A stretch of 64,000 bases of DNA, from contig NC_090375.1 in assembly GCF_036365525.1 (NCBI RefSeq), positions 182,373,799 through 182,437,798 of the forward strand, read 5' to 3'. Origin of the DNA: Heterodontus francisci. Its lineage: Eukaryota. A program made the position numbers and the translations under genes. Every line of letters starts with the position of its first letter. The first letter of the stretch is position 1. The notes under the pieces were generated by a model. The model was not told where the DNA came from. It was given only the letters and a program-made list of their open reading frames with translations, and searched no databases. Shown piece by piece: positions 24,600 to 37,649 of the stretch.

Positions 24600-25307
24600 G
24601 GGCTAAATTTTCCTGCGTTCGTCAGGAACACAACATTGGGACCATATGCGGTTCCCATGCTTGCACTCGTCATCAAGTCAGCCATCGGTGCAACTCTGCA
24701 TGAGGCAGCTTGTAATTGGCTGCTTCCGCGTTCGCTATCCAATTAAGGACAGCACGCGGTTTCCGAAGGCGGGAGGCCCAGTGAGAGGGCCTGCAGAAGT
24801 GGATGGCCAACAGCCCCACCGCGAAAGGTAGGTTCTACTGAGGCAGAAAGTCGAGCATGAGGGTGCCTCAAAATGGAGGCACTCTTGAAAATCTGCTGAA
24901 AATTTGAAATTAAAGAAGGTCCACAGTTGTTTGGGCCATCAGTGTGGAGGGGAAACTCCTCCACAGGATTGGTTTTAGCCACGGCTATAGCCATTCATTG
25001 GGCGAGTGAGAGGAGGCACCAGTGGCCCTCCGGGCTGCCGCCAGGAGGTGGCCTCCAAGTTGCTGGATTCAACCTCTGGATTCAGTGGGGACGCATTCTG
25101 ATGCTTGGAAAATGCCATAGACGTCAGAAAAGGGCCCCTTAATTGGCTGCCTGCCTCCGTTGAGCGGGTTGCCAAGTCTGGTGGCAAACTCCCTGAAAAA
25201 TTCACCCAGAGGTGGGACAGCGTCTGGGAGCCAACCCAATTTTCCGCTTATTTCCAGGTCTCTCTGCCTCCAAATCAACCTCCCATGGGGCTGGGAAAAT
25301 TGCTGCC
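24600..25307. mobile_element. Harbinger-type MITE, decayed
   Basis: Starts GGGCTAAATTTT and ends GAAAATTGCTGCC. GC-rich interior resembles the MITEs at 30563 and 52851. Confidence 0.55.
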
Positions 25308-25309
25308 AG

Positions 25310-25785
25310 TGTTTCCCCTTTCCCTGCCTATGTACTTGCTTTAAACCTGTTACATGTGTAACATTTTTCAGTTCTGACGATAGGTCACTGACCTGTTTGT
25401 TTCTCCACAGACGCTGCCTGACTTGTTGAGTATTTCCAGCATTTTCTGTTAGTATTTCAGATTTCCAGCTTCTGCAGTATTTTGCCTTTCTGCAGACTAC
25501 CTGTGTTGGTAGCTAAATGATTGTTGTGTTGCTTTCACAAACTTATCAGCTTGACAATTGGAGTTGATGACTTGGTACTTCTCTTCAAGATGGCCTCACA
25601 AAGTTAAATCCTAGTTGAGAGAGAAGCAGAGTTCACGTTTCAGGTCTGTGGTTCTGATGAAATCTCAAAGACCTGAAACGTTAACTCTGTTTCCTTCTCC
25701 ACAGATGCTGCCAGACCTGCTGAGTACTTCCAGCACTTTGTTTTCATTTCAGTTTTCCAGTATCTGCAGTATTTTCTTTTATATT
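25310..25785 (+). mobile_element. Two Penelope-like 3'-end fragments with hammerhead-like cores
   Basis: Shared tail ctccacaga(t)gctgcc(a)gac.tg.tgagta.ttccagca, preceded by CTGACGA or CTGATGA. The second copy has CTGATGA..GAAACGTT inside an inverted repeat. Confidence 0.6.
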
Positions 25786-26845
25786 AAATCCTAGTTGACC
25801 ATTTTCAGAACTACATTGTACTTATGGAGATTGAAAGACTAAAATAGAATTCTATGTTAGTGTGCAGTCTTTGAATGTAGTTCTATCTCCATGTGCAAAA
25901 CACCATCCTGCTTACAGTTGTTTTCCCTTATGTCTGGCAAAGGACTTTAAACACAACATTTTTCAAAATGATTCTAATGAAAGGTCTTAGACAGTGTAGG
26001 CTGGGGAGAGCATGTAGTTTGCACACCGCTCAGTGAGAATGTAAACTCTTGTTCCATGTTTCCACCATTAAAAATGATGTACTTGTAATTTTAGGGAGGT
26101 TAAAGTGCTTTAAAAAATGAATCACAAGTTCGGTTCCATTTTATAATCTATTATCATCTTGGGGCAATCAGGGATGTACAAAAAATACTGGCCCATCTGC
26201 AATGCCCACATCCTGAGAGTGAATTTTGAAGAAAAGAGAAATAAAGAAATTACAATTGATAAAATAGTATGTATTCTCATATATCAATCTCTGTCATTTA
26301 AGGTGTTGGGCCTTAAATATTTCCTGTCACTTACCCACAGTGTCCTCTGCTTACTGACTGCTCTTCAGATATTTTTTGGTAATTTCAGTTTGGCAAACAT
26401 CTGTTTTTCCAGTAATTATCTTGAAAGATGTTGATTCAGTAAAGTTGGATGCAGGAAGAGATATCCAATATTTGATTGTAAGCAGTATGAAAGCTTGGTG
26501 ATAAATAAGAAATGGTGGTGTGAAAGCAGATTTGTGGCAAAAGATTTGATTTGGAGGAAGTCACAACTACTGAAGTCTTGTCCTAATTCTGTGTCTTTTA
26601 CGATTTTGAAGAACTTGTAATATCAGCACTCTCCAGTTGTTCATTTTCACTTTTAGCCTCGATTTTATGAACTAGACTTTCCATAGTTGGAAGATACAAT
26701 AAATACAAATCCAGTCTTAGAATTCACACTTAAGTTTCATTATCACACTTTTCTTGGTGTTTTGTGGAGTGAGTTGAGATTACTTTGTTAAATGCAGCAG
26801 CCAGGTTACAATTTGTAAAGGAGATGGAACAGTCCATTAACTGAA

Positions 26846-27060
26846 ACTAGCAGAGACCTGCAAAACATTTGCGGTGAAATTAGTATCTTCATTGCAACAG
26901 TGCTTATTTAAATCCCCAGCTCATGCCATGCCATCATTTCCATGCCATCTCATGCCAAACCCATCCCATTCCTCCCACCCGTTCTTCATATGCCATCCCC
27001 ACAACCTTCCCATGCTACCCGCCAACCAATGCCATTCCTTCCCTGTTGGTAGGAGGCTGG
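26846..27060 (-). mobile_element. Non-autonomous element with CCATG/CCATC repeats, possibly a Helitron 3' end
   Basis: Shares the boundary ACTAGCAGAGACCTGCA and a CCATGCCAT-rich interior with 55113. On the minus strand it reads as a short hairpin followed by CTAG|T. Confidence 0.4.
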
Positions 27061-27069
27061 AGACCAGTA

Positions 27070-29305
27070 TCACAGAATTGTTACAGTGCAGGAGGCCATT
27101 CGGCCCATCGTATTGCACTAGCTCTCCGAAAGAGCAGATCACTCAGTTCCATTCCCTGCCTTCTCTCTGAAACCCTGCACGTTCTTCCTTTTCATATAAC
27201 AGTCTAATTCCCTTTTGAATGCTTCAGTTGAACGTGTCTCCACCACACTCCCAGGCAGTGCATTCCAGACCTTAACCACTCGCTGCGTGAAAAAGTTTTT
27301 CCTCATGTCACTTTTGCTTCTTTTACCAAATACTGTAAATCTACGTCCTTTCACGAGCGGGAACGGTTTCTCTCTATTCTGACCAGACCCCTCGGGATTT
27401 TGAATACCTCCATCAAATCACCCCTAAGCCTTCTCTTCTCCAAGGAAAACAATCCTAACTTCTCCAATCTGTCTTCATAACTGAAGTTCCTCATCCCTGT
27501 AACCATGCTTGTGGATCTTTTCTGTACTCTTTCCAATGCCCTCATGTCTTTCCTAAAGTGTAGTGCCCAGAACTATGCAATACTCCAGCTGAGGCCAAAC
27601 TATACAAGTTCAACATAACTTCCTTGCTCTTGTACTCTATGCCCCTATTAATAAAGCCCAGGACACTGTATGCTTTATTGGCCTTGCTCTCAATCTGTCC
27701 TGCCACCTTCAATGATTTATGCACATATACACCTAGGTCCCTCTGCTCTTGCACCCCCTTTAGAATTGTACCCTTTATTTCATATTGTCTCTTCATGTTC
27801 TTCTTAACAAAATGAATCACTTCACATTTCTCTGCATTGAACTTCATCTGCCCCTGTCTGCCCATTCCACCAGCTTGTCTATGTCCTTTTAAAGTTCTAC
27901 ACTATCCTCCTCACAGTTCACAATGCTTCCAAGTTTTGTATCATCTACAAACTTTGAAATTGTGCCCTGTACACCAAGTTCTAGGTCATTAATATATATC
28001 AGGAAAAGCAAGGGTCCCAACACTGATCCCTGGGAAACTCCACTACAAACCTTCCTCCAGCCTGAAAAACATCCATTAACCAATACTCTTTGTTTCCTGT
28101 CAGTTAACCAATTTTGTATCCATGTTGCTACCATCTCGTTTATTCCGTGAGCTACAGGTTTGCTCACAAGTCTGTTATATGGCACTGAATCAAATGCCTT
28201 TTGAAATTCCGTGTACACCACATCAGCAGCATTGCCCTCATCAACCCTCTCTGTTACCTCCTCAAAAAACTCCAGCAAGTTAGTTAAACATGATTTTCCC
28301 TTAAAAAATCCATGCTGGCTTTCCTTAATTAACTCGCATTTGTCCACGTGACTATTGATTTTGTCCCGAATAATTTTTTATGGAAGTTTTCTACCACCAA
28401 AGTTAAACTGACTGGCCTGGAGTTGAAGGTCTTATCTTTACAACTTTTTTTGAACATGGGTGTAACGTTAGCAATTCTCCAGTCCTCTGGGCCACCCCTA
28501 CCCCCTCACCCCGAGTCTAAGGAAGGCTGAAAAGTTCTGGCCAGTGCCTCTGCAATTTCCACCCTCACTTCCTTCAGTATCCTTGGATGCATCTCATCCG
28601 GTCCTGTTGCTTTATCCACTTTAAGTACAGATAGCCTATCTAATACATCCTCTTTATCAATTTTAAATTCTTCTAGTGTTTCAATTACCTCCTCTTTCAC
28701 CACTGCTTTGGCTGCATCTTCGTCCTTGGTAAAGACAGATGCAAAGTATTCATTTAATATCTCAGCTATGCCCTCTGCCTCGTGTAAATCCCCTTTATGG
28801 TCCCTAATCAGCCCCACTCCTTTTTACCACCCTTTTACTCTTTATATGTCTATGGAAAACCATGGGATTCCCTTTAATGTTAGCTGCCAGTCTCTTTTCA
28901 AGTTCTCTCTTTGCTGCTGTTATTTTCTTTTTCACTTCCCCTCTGGACCTTCTATATTCAGTCTGGTTCTCCATAGTATTTTCTACCTGGCATCAGTCTT
29001 GAGCATACTTTTTCTTCTTTATCTTAATCTCTACCTCTTTTGTCATCCAGGGAGTCATGAATTTGTCTGCCCTACCTTTCCCCTTCAAGGGAACATAACT
29101 TGACTGTGCCCAAACTATCTCTTCTTTGAAGGTAGTCCATTGTTCAGTTACTGTTTTTCCTGCCCCAACCTTTGACTCCAATTTATTCTTCCCAGCTCGA
29201 TTCTTTGCTCATTGAAGTTGGCTTTCCCCCAGTTAATTATTATTACTCTGGATTGTTCTTTGTCCTTTCCATAGTCAGCCTAAACCTCATGATTCAATGA
29301 TCACT
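27070..29305 (-). mobile_element. 5'-truncated CR1 LINE (RT region)
   Basis: EILNEYFASVFTK, KATGPDEMHPRILKE, QHGFFKGKSCLTNLLEFFE, GVSQGSVLGP, KFVDDTK, KNFFTQRVV. Confidence 0.92.
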
Positions 29306-29657
29306 ATAGTAACCAGTAACTGAGGCTGGGGAGCAGCAAGAACTGGGCGTGCTGGAGGCCAGTAACTGAAGCCGGAGCGCAGCGAGATCTGGAGCCCAGA
29401 AACAGAGGCCGGGGAGCAGTGAGAGCTGAAGTCCAATAACTGTGGCACGTGCACCAGGCTCTTCCTATCAAGTCAACACACGGATCATTCAGAAAATGCG
29501 GACAGACACAAGCTGTATTATAGATGGTAAAGTAGAATTGGATTGATAGTGTTAGTGGGTGTAGCACCATCTGCTGGATATACTGGCTGTCCAAATTGTA
29601 TTTTTTTTTGGTCTTTGCTTAATCAGTAAGGAAATGCGCATATTTCCTTTTCATATT

Positions 29658-30561
29658 GTGATAGAAATCACACCTGGCAAATGGAACATATTAATTTTGT
29701 CACATGGGATACTACTTAAACCTTTTTTTAACTGTACGTTGCACATAACTTGTTTTAAAAAAAAACAGAGCTGAACAGCTGAAAACTTGGTTGCACATTG
29801 GCATTCGAAAACACTGTTGAATAGAGAGACAATGGGAGTGTGCACTGATTCATTTAACAAGATTGGTCTGGGCAATAGTGATAATCAACCACCTTTGTCT
29901 GTCTAAGAGCCAGAACTCCAACCCCCACCAAGTGTGTCTGGAAAGCTTTGAGATCAACAACCCTCCCAGAAGCTGTTGTTTCACACAGAGAGGGTCACAT
30001 GACCTGCCTGCTGGTCAGACTGGGGTCTTTTTGAATTGTGCCACACAGAAAGGGCAGATTACAATTTGAACAGAAAGGAGAGGGAAGGTTTCCCCCTCGC
30101 TGTCTCTCTATCCAGCAAAGTCCCAGAAAAGCCACGGTGGCAGATTCTACGCTTCAAGACTATAGACCAAGTATATCTTCAACCTTTTGGTTCCAGAGAA
30201 GTAAGTTTGAAATTGTGCACCTGGCCCCAACGCAAACTCTAAGATCTTAACTTCAGTTGAGGACATTGTCACCCAGTAACTGAATTCCATTTATTACAAA
30301 CTCAACTCGTATCCATGGTTGCGTCGCGTATTGTAATTTTAACCGTGTTAGAGTGATAAGGCAATAAACTTACATCCATATTGTTTAAACCTAAGGAAAC
30401 CTGTCTGGTTCATTTGCAATTACAATTAGAGAGCAGTGAGCAAAGACTCACTGAGGGGGTAAGCTAAAATCACTGTGTTTTAAAAGATAAACCCTGTTAT
30501 GGCCAAACCAGGAAAGGCGCAAGAGGGGAGCCTGAGACCCCTTCCTCACCCAGTTGTAACA
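29658..30561 (+). mobile_element. Probable solo LTR (left edge uncertain)
   Basis: AATAAA near 30363 and a 3' end CCTCACCCAGTTGTAACA resembling the termini of the other solo LTRs. Confidence 0.5.
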
Positions 30562-30562
30562 A

Positions 30563-31049
30563 TGGCCGGAATTTTACCCCACCCCAACGAGCCGGATGAT
30601 GTAAAATGGAGTGGGAGGCTCCGAGTGACCTTCCCGACCCGCTCCCGCCTCCACCGCCCTTTACATAAGGGCCTTCGCCCGCCTCCACGCGGATTTTACA
30701 TGTGGCAAGTGGGCATCCGGGACCTGAGAGAAGACGCCTGGAAAAACCAGGCGGCTGCCGATCGTCCCGGCTCTACGTCGTCTTCTATCTTAGGCTGGGC
30801 TGCAGTCCCAGCAGTGGCCACCGCTCCCGGTGTTGCTGCTGGGACTAAGAGCTGACGGCCTACTGATTGGCCGGCAGCAAAATGAAGCGGGACTTCCTCC
30901 CTCAAGAGTGTCAAAGTCCCGCCTCGGAACAATTAAAGCTTGGGGTCCCGTAAAATACGAACGGATCCCCAGGCGAGGCGGAAGTGGGTTCGCCACCTAC
31001 TTTTACATCAGTGGCTGTCTTCTGTCTGCCCACTGTAAAATTCCGGCCA
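30563..31049. mobile_element. Harbinger-type MITE with perfect 15-bp TIRs
   Basis: TGGCCGGAATTTTAC ... GTAAAATTCCGGCCA. Confidence 0.8.
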
Positions 31050-32264
31050 GTATTTATAAACTTGCTTCCCTTATGGCATACTATATAAATTCGTTGGTGT
31101 GGTTCCAAGTCATAGTAACTAAAAAGTCCCTAGTTCAATTCCCGCTCTGCAGTGAGTTGGTTATCTCAGCCAGGGCAGCAAATGATGTGATTCAGTTGTC
31201 CTCAGGCCCTCAACAGAAACAAGTTGGCTGAAGTTCCTGCTCCTGATGGTTCGCCCATGAATCGTTCTGGAAATATTGAATGTGTGGTTGAGAATAAGAT
31301 TAAACTTGTGTTCTGCCCACTGCCATTGAATAACCAACCAGAGGAAGACTTGAAATGATTGTTGTATATTCGAGGACATTGGGCTTTAGCGTGCCCTGGT
31401 GAAAAGAGCTAGGATTTTGTCAACAAAAATATTGTAGACCTGAATATTTTGCAGTGCAGTCCTTACTAACTAGTAGTGATTGAGTGGAGCCGCATGCAGT
31501 ACTACTCCCCAGAGTGATTTTGGGGTATGTTTATACCACAGATTTAGTAACCAAGTTGGGAGAGCATGGTGTGAAATTCCCTGGAGCAGCAAAGCTCACA
31601 ATGCTTGAGTGTGACACATTTGAGTTCATACAGTGTCAAATTGGTTTAAAAGGTGTTTGTGTGGTTGGGGTCCCTTTTATCTCCTGAACATTTTTTCAAA
31701 ATGCATCTGGAGGTCATTGAAGTTTTAGCAACAGGAGTAAGCCCCTCGAGCCCATTCATGTGACTCTTGTGGCTGATCTGTATCTTAACTCCATTTATCT
31801 ACCTTGATTCTATATCTTTTACTACTGTTACCTGAAAAAAAAAGATCATTCTCAGTTGTGAAATTTTCAATTGACTTAGCCTCGACAGCTGTCAGATAAT
31901 TGACACTGCCACCCGTAGTTAAATTTTAATTGCTTTGAGTTGAATGGTGCACATGCATGTAACCATGCAGTCTGAATCTGGTAGCTGCACTGTAAATACA
32001 GTATTAATAATGTTCTTGGTATGTTTATTAGTGAATTGTCCTCATTGTACATTTTGTGGACGAACTACTTCAAGAAGATCTATGCTATCTTTGCTTCTTG
32101 GAATCTCTGGCAGATTCTACAACACTGGAGTAATAAATTGTGATTACGCATTGCAGGGGTGGCCTATTTGTGACTCCAGATCCACAGCAATGTGGCTGAC
32201 TCTTCAACTGCCCTCTGAAATGGCCTAGCAAGCTACTCACTTGTACCAAACCACTATGCTTTTA

Positions 32265-33030
32265 AAAAATTCATTCATGGGATGTGGGCGTCGCTGGACA
32301 GGCCAGCATTTAATGCCCGTCCCTAATTGCCCTTGAGAAGGTGGTGGTGAGCGGCCTTCTTGAACCGCTGCAGTCCATGTGGGGTAGGTACATCCAGAAT
32401 GCTGTTAGGAAGGGAGTTCCAGGATTTTGACCCAGCGACAGTGAAGGAATGGTGATATAGTTGCAAGTCAGGATGGTGTGTGAGTTGGAGGAGAACTTGC
32501 AGGTGGTGGTGTTCCCATGCATTTGCTGCCCTTGTCCTTCTAGTTGGTAGAGGTCACGGGTTTGGAAGGTGCTGTCGAAGGAGCCTTGATGCGCTGCTGC
32601 AGTGCATCTTGTAGATGGTACACACTGCTGCCACTGTGTGTCGGTGATGGAGGGAGTGAATGTTTGTAGATGTGCTAATCAAGTGGGCGGCATTGTCCTG
32701 GATGGGGTCGGGTTTCTGGAGTGTTGTTGGAGCTGCACCCATCCAGGCAAGTGAAGAGTATTCCATCACACTCCTGACTTGTGCCTTGTAGATGGTGGAC
32801 AGGCTTTGGGGAGTCAGGAGGTGAGTTACCCACCGCAGGATTCCTAGCCTCTGACCTGCTCTTATAGCCATGGTATTTCTATGGCTACTCCATTTCAGTT
32901 TCTGGTAAATGGTAGCCCCTAGGATGTTGATAGTGGGGGATTCAGCAATGGTAATACCATTGAATGACAAGGGGAGATGGTTAGATTCTCCTTTGTCAGA
33001 GATGGTCATTACCTGGCACTTGTATGGCTT
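32265..33030 (-). mobile_element. 3' part of a second CR1/L2-superclade LINE family, inserted inside a + strand SINE/LINE tail (32140-33130)
   Basis: HLPLSFNGITIAESPTINILGAT, IYKAQVRSVMEYS, HSLHHRHTVAAVCTIYKMHC. Confidence 0.85.
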
Positions 33031-33694
33031 GCAGCAGTTCGAGGCGGCAGCTCACCACCACTTTCTCGGGATCAATTAAGAATGGACAATAAATATTGTC
33101 TCCGCTCACATCCTAGGAATTAATTTTTTTTAAAAGCTACAGAACTCCCAGGATGCTTAAGAAAGGGCCATCAGGCCAGATCTTAGAAAAATGCTTCTTG
33201 AGTTGCATGCACTGCTTGCGCGCCTGATGGCCAGTGTTGATTTCTCGTGATGTAATGCTGTGAGCCACCTTAAGGTGGCCTTTTCTTTATTCACCATACA
33301 AATCTGCTGTTGTAGTGGGGACTGTTTCTGGCAAAAGCACGAGAATTTAGAATGCTTGGAGCCTATTATGCAGTGGAGACGAGTTCTTGCTACAAATTTG
33401 GGCATGGACAAGACATAAATGTAAAAGTACAGAGGCCTAAAAAATTACTGTAAGAACTCTATCCAACTTACTGCTACATATTTGACCTCTAGATACTGGC
33501 TTTACTATATCACTGCAAATAAATAAAAGTGCTTTATCATTTTGTACAAGGAGCCATCCATAATTGATATCTAGTGGATGAGTGTTTATGCTCCTTGCAC
33601 ATTTTCATTGTATGTTATAGTCTACTCTTAATTAGTTGTTTTGGATGGAAAGAAATCTTAATTAAGCAGCTGAACTAAAACAGCATTTAACTTT

Positions 33695-34047
33695 GTTTAG
33701 TTTAGTTTAGTTTAGAGATACAGCACTGAAACAGGCCCTTCGGCCCACCGAGTCTGTGCCGACCATCAACCACCCATTTATACTAATCCTACACTAATTC
33801 CATATTCCTACCACATCCCCACCTGTCCCTATATTTCCCTACCACCTACCTATACTAGGGGCAATTGCTAATGGCCAATTTACCTATCAACCTGCAAGTC
33901 TTTGGCCTGTGGGAGGAAACCGGAGCACCCGGAGGAAACCCACGCAGACACAGGGAGAACTTGCAAACTCCACACAGGCAGTACCCAGAATTGAACCCGG
34001 GTCGCTGGAGCTGTGAGGCTGCGGTGCTAACCACTGCGCCACTGTGC
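33695..34047 (-). mobile_element. HE1/V-SINE-type SINE
   Basis: tRNA-like head (TGGCGCAGTGGTTAGCA..GGTTCAATTC), V-core (TGTGTGGAGTTTGCAAGTTCTCCCTGTGTCTGCGTGGGTTTCC) and (CTAAA)n tail. Confidence 0.9.
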
Positions 34048-34295
34048 GAAAGAAATTGAGTTAATAGAGAATTCAAATTGACTTTGAATTCAAACAAGCA
34101 AATTATATTTTGCTTTGGACGGGGTAAAACGGGAGCATTTGTGAAAAAGATGATGTTGAACAATCTCTAATACTGTTTTGAAACTGTTCTGAAGGTACCT
34201 ATGTTGGAACTTATATATAGAAATATTGGTACAAATACTAAAATGATTGGATAGCTGTAAAGAATTCTAATGATTCTCTTCCCCTCTCTCATTAG

Positions 34296-34380
34296 GTGCA
34301 ACAAGAGAAATTGGTTCAGCATTAACCAGAATGTGTATGAGACACAGAAGTATAGAGTCTAAACTTCGTCAGTTCTCGGC
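34296..34380 (+). CDS. MTSS1: MTSS1 (MIM) coding exon, I-BAR/IMD domain (exon 4 equivalent)
   Basis: Pyrimidine tract + ttag, 85 nt, gtaagt donor. Encodes GATREIGSALTRMCMRHRSIESKLRQFSA, matching the MTSS1 IMD. Confidence 0.96.
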
Positions 34381-35012
34381 GTAAGTTATTTTGCTTTTGT
34401 AAAGGTTGAATTATAAGTGCACAGTGAGGAATAATTATTTATGGATTATTTATTTTAATTTGTTCAAAATCTCCTTAGATTGATTATAATTTCGAAGGTG
34501 ATCTGGCTGAATTGGATTTATTTAGAGGCCTAGTTTTCAGGAAAATGTAAGAGCTCATTCAGCTGAGCCAATTCATTTTCCATTTTTGTTTCCAATCAGC
34601 TGAGTGACATTTAGATTACATTTTTGAATTTCTACTTGGGCACTCAATTGGGTTACTTCAGTTCATTTATGAGCAGCTTTTAATTGTATCATTTGAAATT
34701 TTAAGTGCATTTCCTTCAGCTTTTTCTGCAGAACTGTGTCATACAAGCTATGCGTCAAAAATATTCAAATGAAGTCTTTCTTTACCAATCAAGTTGAGTG
34801 CAGTACATCATATTCTTTCAGTGTTGCATGTTAAAATCAATCGAGATGTCCTTTCTTTAATCATTTGAAAAATGTCAAACAGCATATTGGTTGCCTTTCT
34901 ATCAGATGGTTTCTGTTTAAATACTTACAATATACAAGATTTGTTTGCATTCTTCTCAGATTTAAAAAACCCAGTTATTTTTTCTAATCTTAACATTATT
35001 TGATTAACTTAG

Positions 35013-35104
35013 AGCTCTGATCGATTGCCTGATAAATCCACTTCAGGATCAAATGGAAGAATGGAAGAAAGTAGCCAACCAACTGGACAAGGATCATGCA
35101 AAAG
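35013..35104 (+). CDS. MTSS1: MTSS1 coding exon (exon 5 equivalent)
   Basis: ttag, 92 nt, gtacag. Encodes ALIDCLINPLQDQMEEWKKVANQLDKDHAK, in phase with both neighbours. These residues fit MTSS1 better than MTSS2. Confidence 0.96.
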
Positions 35105-35391
35105 GTACAGTTAACCAAGGATTCTTTGTAAGTATGCTCTTATCAAACAATTGCAAAAAGATTTTTTTTTTAAAAATAGTCTCATCACTCTAAAGGTCTT
35201 TTTTAAAAAATAAGTTAAATATATAATTGGCTGCTTTTGTGAGCCAGTCCTTATTCCAGGTTAACCAAAATCTCTCATGCTATAGAGCAGGGTTGTCCAA
35301 CGTTTTCATTGCATTCAACTCCACATTGCAATTTTTGTCTTGCATAGGGGGCCAGTGAGACAATTTCGGAAGGATAAAGGCATTAAAAAAT

Positions 35392-35720
35392 GTTTTTATT
35401 CATTTGTGGGACGTGGGCATCACTGGCTAGGCTAGCATTTGTTGCTCATCCCTAATTGCCCTTGAACTGAGTGACTTGCGAGGGCAATTTAAGAGTCAAT
35501 CACATTGCTGTGGGTCTGGAGTCACATGTAGGCCAGACCAGGTAAGGACGGCAGATTTCCCTCATGGTCATCCTTAGACTAGCTTTTAATTCCAGATTTA
35601 TTAATTGAATTCAAATTTCAGCATCTGTCACGATGGGGTTCAAACCCATGTCTGCTAGAGCATTAGCCTGGCCTCTGGATTACTAGTCCAGTGACATGAA
35701 CACTACGCCACTGCTTCCCT
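35392..35720 (-). mobile_element. tRNA-derived SINE sharing its 3' tail with the second LINE family
   Basis: Head GGGAAGCAGTGGCGTAGTG..GGGTTTGAACCCC. Tail GGGCAATTAGGGATG..GCCCACGTCCCAC matches the LINE end at 32270-32335. Confidence 0.7.
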
Positions 35721-35944
35721 AAGTTATCTTACTTTTAATCAAAACAGCAACAAATGTACATTTTTGTGAAGAAGCTTTCAATGAGAAGGTTAATTTGTTG
35801 ACTTATTTTCTCATCATTATATTGGACGCTGATTCAGTGAGATACCTGGCATTTGTTTGTTTGCATAAGTAGTCAATGCTTGTCTGCATACCTGTTGTAG
35901 CAATGCGGAGTATTCCAGATAGACGTCCATCTGTCAGGAATATG

Positions 35945-36428
35945 AAAACATATAAATTAGGAGCAGGAACAGTCCGCTCGGCCCCTCGAGCCTGCTCCGC
36001 CATTCAATAAGATGATTGCTGATCTGATTGTAACCTCAACTCCACATTCCTGCCTACCCCCAATAACCTTTCACCCCCTTGCTTATCAAGAATCTATCTA
36101 TCTTTGCCTTAAAAATATTCAAAGGCTCTTCCACTGCCTTTTGAGGAAGAGAGTTCCAAAGACTCACGACCCTCGGAGAGAAAAAATTGCTCCTCATCTC
36201 TGTCTTAAATGGGCGGCCCCTTATTTTTAAACAGTGACCCCCTAGTTTCTAGATTCTTCCACAAGAGGAAACATCCTTTCCACATCCACCCTGTCAAGAC
36301 CCCTCAGGATCTTATGTTTCAATCAAGTCGCCTGTTATTCTTCTAAACTTCAGCAGGTACAAGCCTATGCTGTCCAACTTTTCCTCATAAGACAAGCTGC
36401 CCATTCCAGGTATTAGTCCAGTGGTTTG
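35945..36428 (-). mobile_element. CR1 3' end running into the assembly gap
   Basis: LIPGMGSLSYEEKLD, RRITGDLIET and a CR1 3'UTR. Confidence 0.85.
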
Positions 36429-36636
36429 NNNNNNNNNNNNNNNNNNNNNNNNNNNNNNNNNNNNNNNNNNNNNNNNNNNNNNNNNNNNNNNNNNNNNNNN
36501 NNNNNNNNNNNNNNNNNNNNNNNNNNNNNNNNNNNNNNNNNNNNNNNNNNNNNNNNNNNNNNNNNNNNNNNNNNNNNNNNNNNNNNNNNNNNNNNNNNNN
36601 NNNNNNNNNNNNNNNNNNNNNNNNNNNNNNNNNNNN
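36429..36636. other. Assembly gap (208 N)
   Basis: Run of N. Confidence 1.
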
Positions 36637-36682
36637 TGCACATCCATCTCTGTGTTGTGCCACCCTCCGCCCCCTCCCCCCC

Positions 36683-37620
36683 TTTCAAGCTTCTTGAGTA
36701 TTGTTGGAGCTGCACCCATCCAGGAAAGTGGAGAGTATTTCATCACACCCCTGACTTGTGCCTTGTAGATGGTGGAAAGGCTTTGGGGATTCAGGAGGTG
36801 AGTTATGCGCCACAGGAGTCCTAGCCTCTGACCTGCTCTTGTAGCCACGGTATTCATGTGGCTACTCCAATTCAGTTTCTGGTCAATGGTAGCCCCTAGG
36901 ATGTTGATAGTGGGGGATTCAGCGATGGTAATGCCATTGAATGTCAAGGGGAGATGGTTATATTCTCTCTTGTTGGAGATGGTCATTGCCTGGCACTTGT
37001 GTGGCGCAAATATTACTTGCCACTTATCAGCCCAAGCCTGGATATTGTCCAGGTCTTGGTGCATTTCCACATGGACTGCTTCAGTATCTGAGGAGTCGTG
37101 AATGGTGCTGAGCATTGCGCAATCATCAGCGAACAACCCCACTTCTGACCTTAAGATTGAAGGAAGGTCATTGATGAAGTAGCTGAAGATGGTTGGGCCT
37201 AAGACACTACCCTGAGGAACTCCTGCAGTGATGTCCTGCAGCTCAGATGATTGTACTCCAACAACCACAACCATCTTCCTTTGTGCTCGGTGTGACACCA
37301 ACCAGCAGAGAGTTTTCCCCCTGATTCCCATTGAATCCAGTTTTGCAAGGGTGCCTTGATGCCATACTCGGTCAAATGCTGTCTTGATGTCAAGTGTAGT
37401 CACTCTCACCTCACCTCATCTCTTGCGTTCAGCTCCTTTGACCATGTTTGAAGCAAGGCAGTAATGAGGTCAGAAGTTGAGTGGCCTGGCAGAAACTAAA
37501 TGAGCAACACTGAGCAGGTTATTGCTAAACTTATGCCACTTGATAGCATTGTCGACAACTCCTTCCATAACTTGACTGATGATCAAGTGTAGACAGATGG
37601 GCCGGTAATTGCTCCCTGTT
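36683..37620 (-). mobile_element. RT region of the second CR1/L2-superclade LINE family
   Basis: [58 protein letters not shown]. Confidence 0.9.
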
Positions 37621-37649
37621 CTGTGTTGTATCCCCCCTGTGTAGTGTCC

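Noticed and set aside
33960-34047. tRNA gene
   Set aside because: The tRNA-like A and B boxes are the head of a multi-copy SINE.
36312-37409. 365-aa RT ORF
   Set aside because: Chimera of two different LINE families joined across the N gap.
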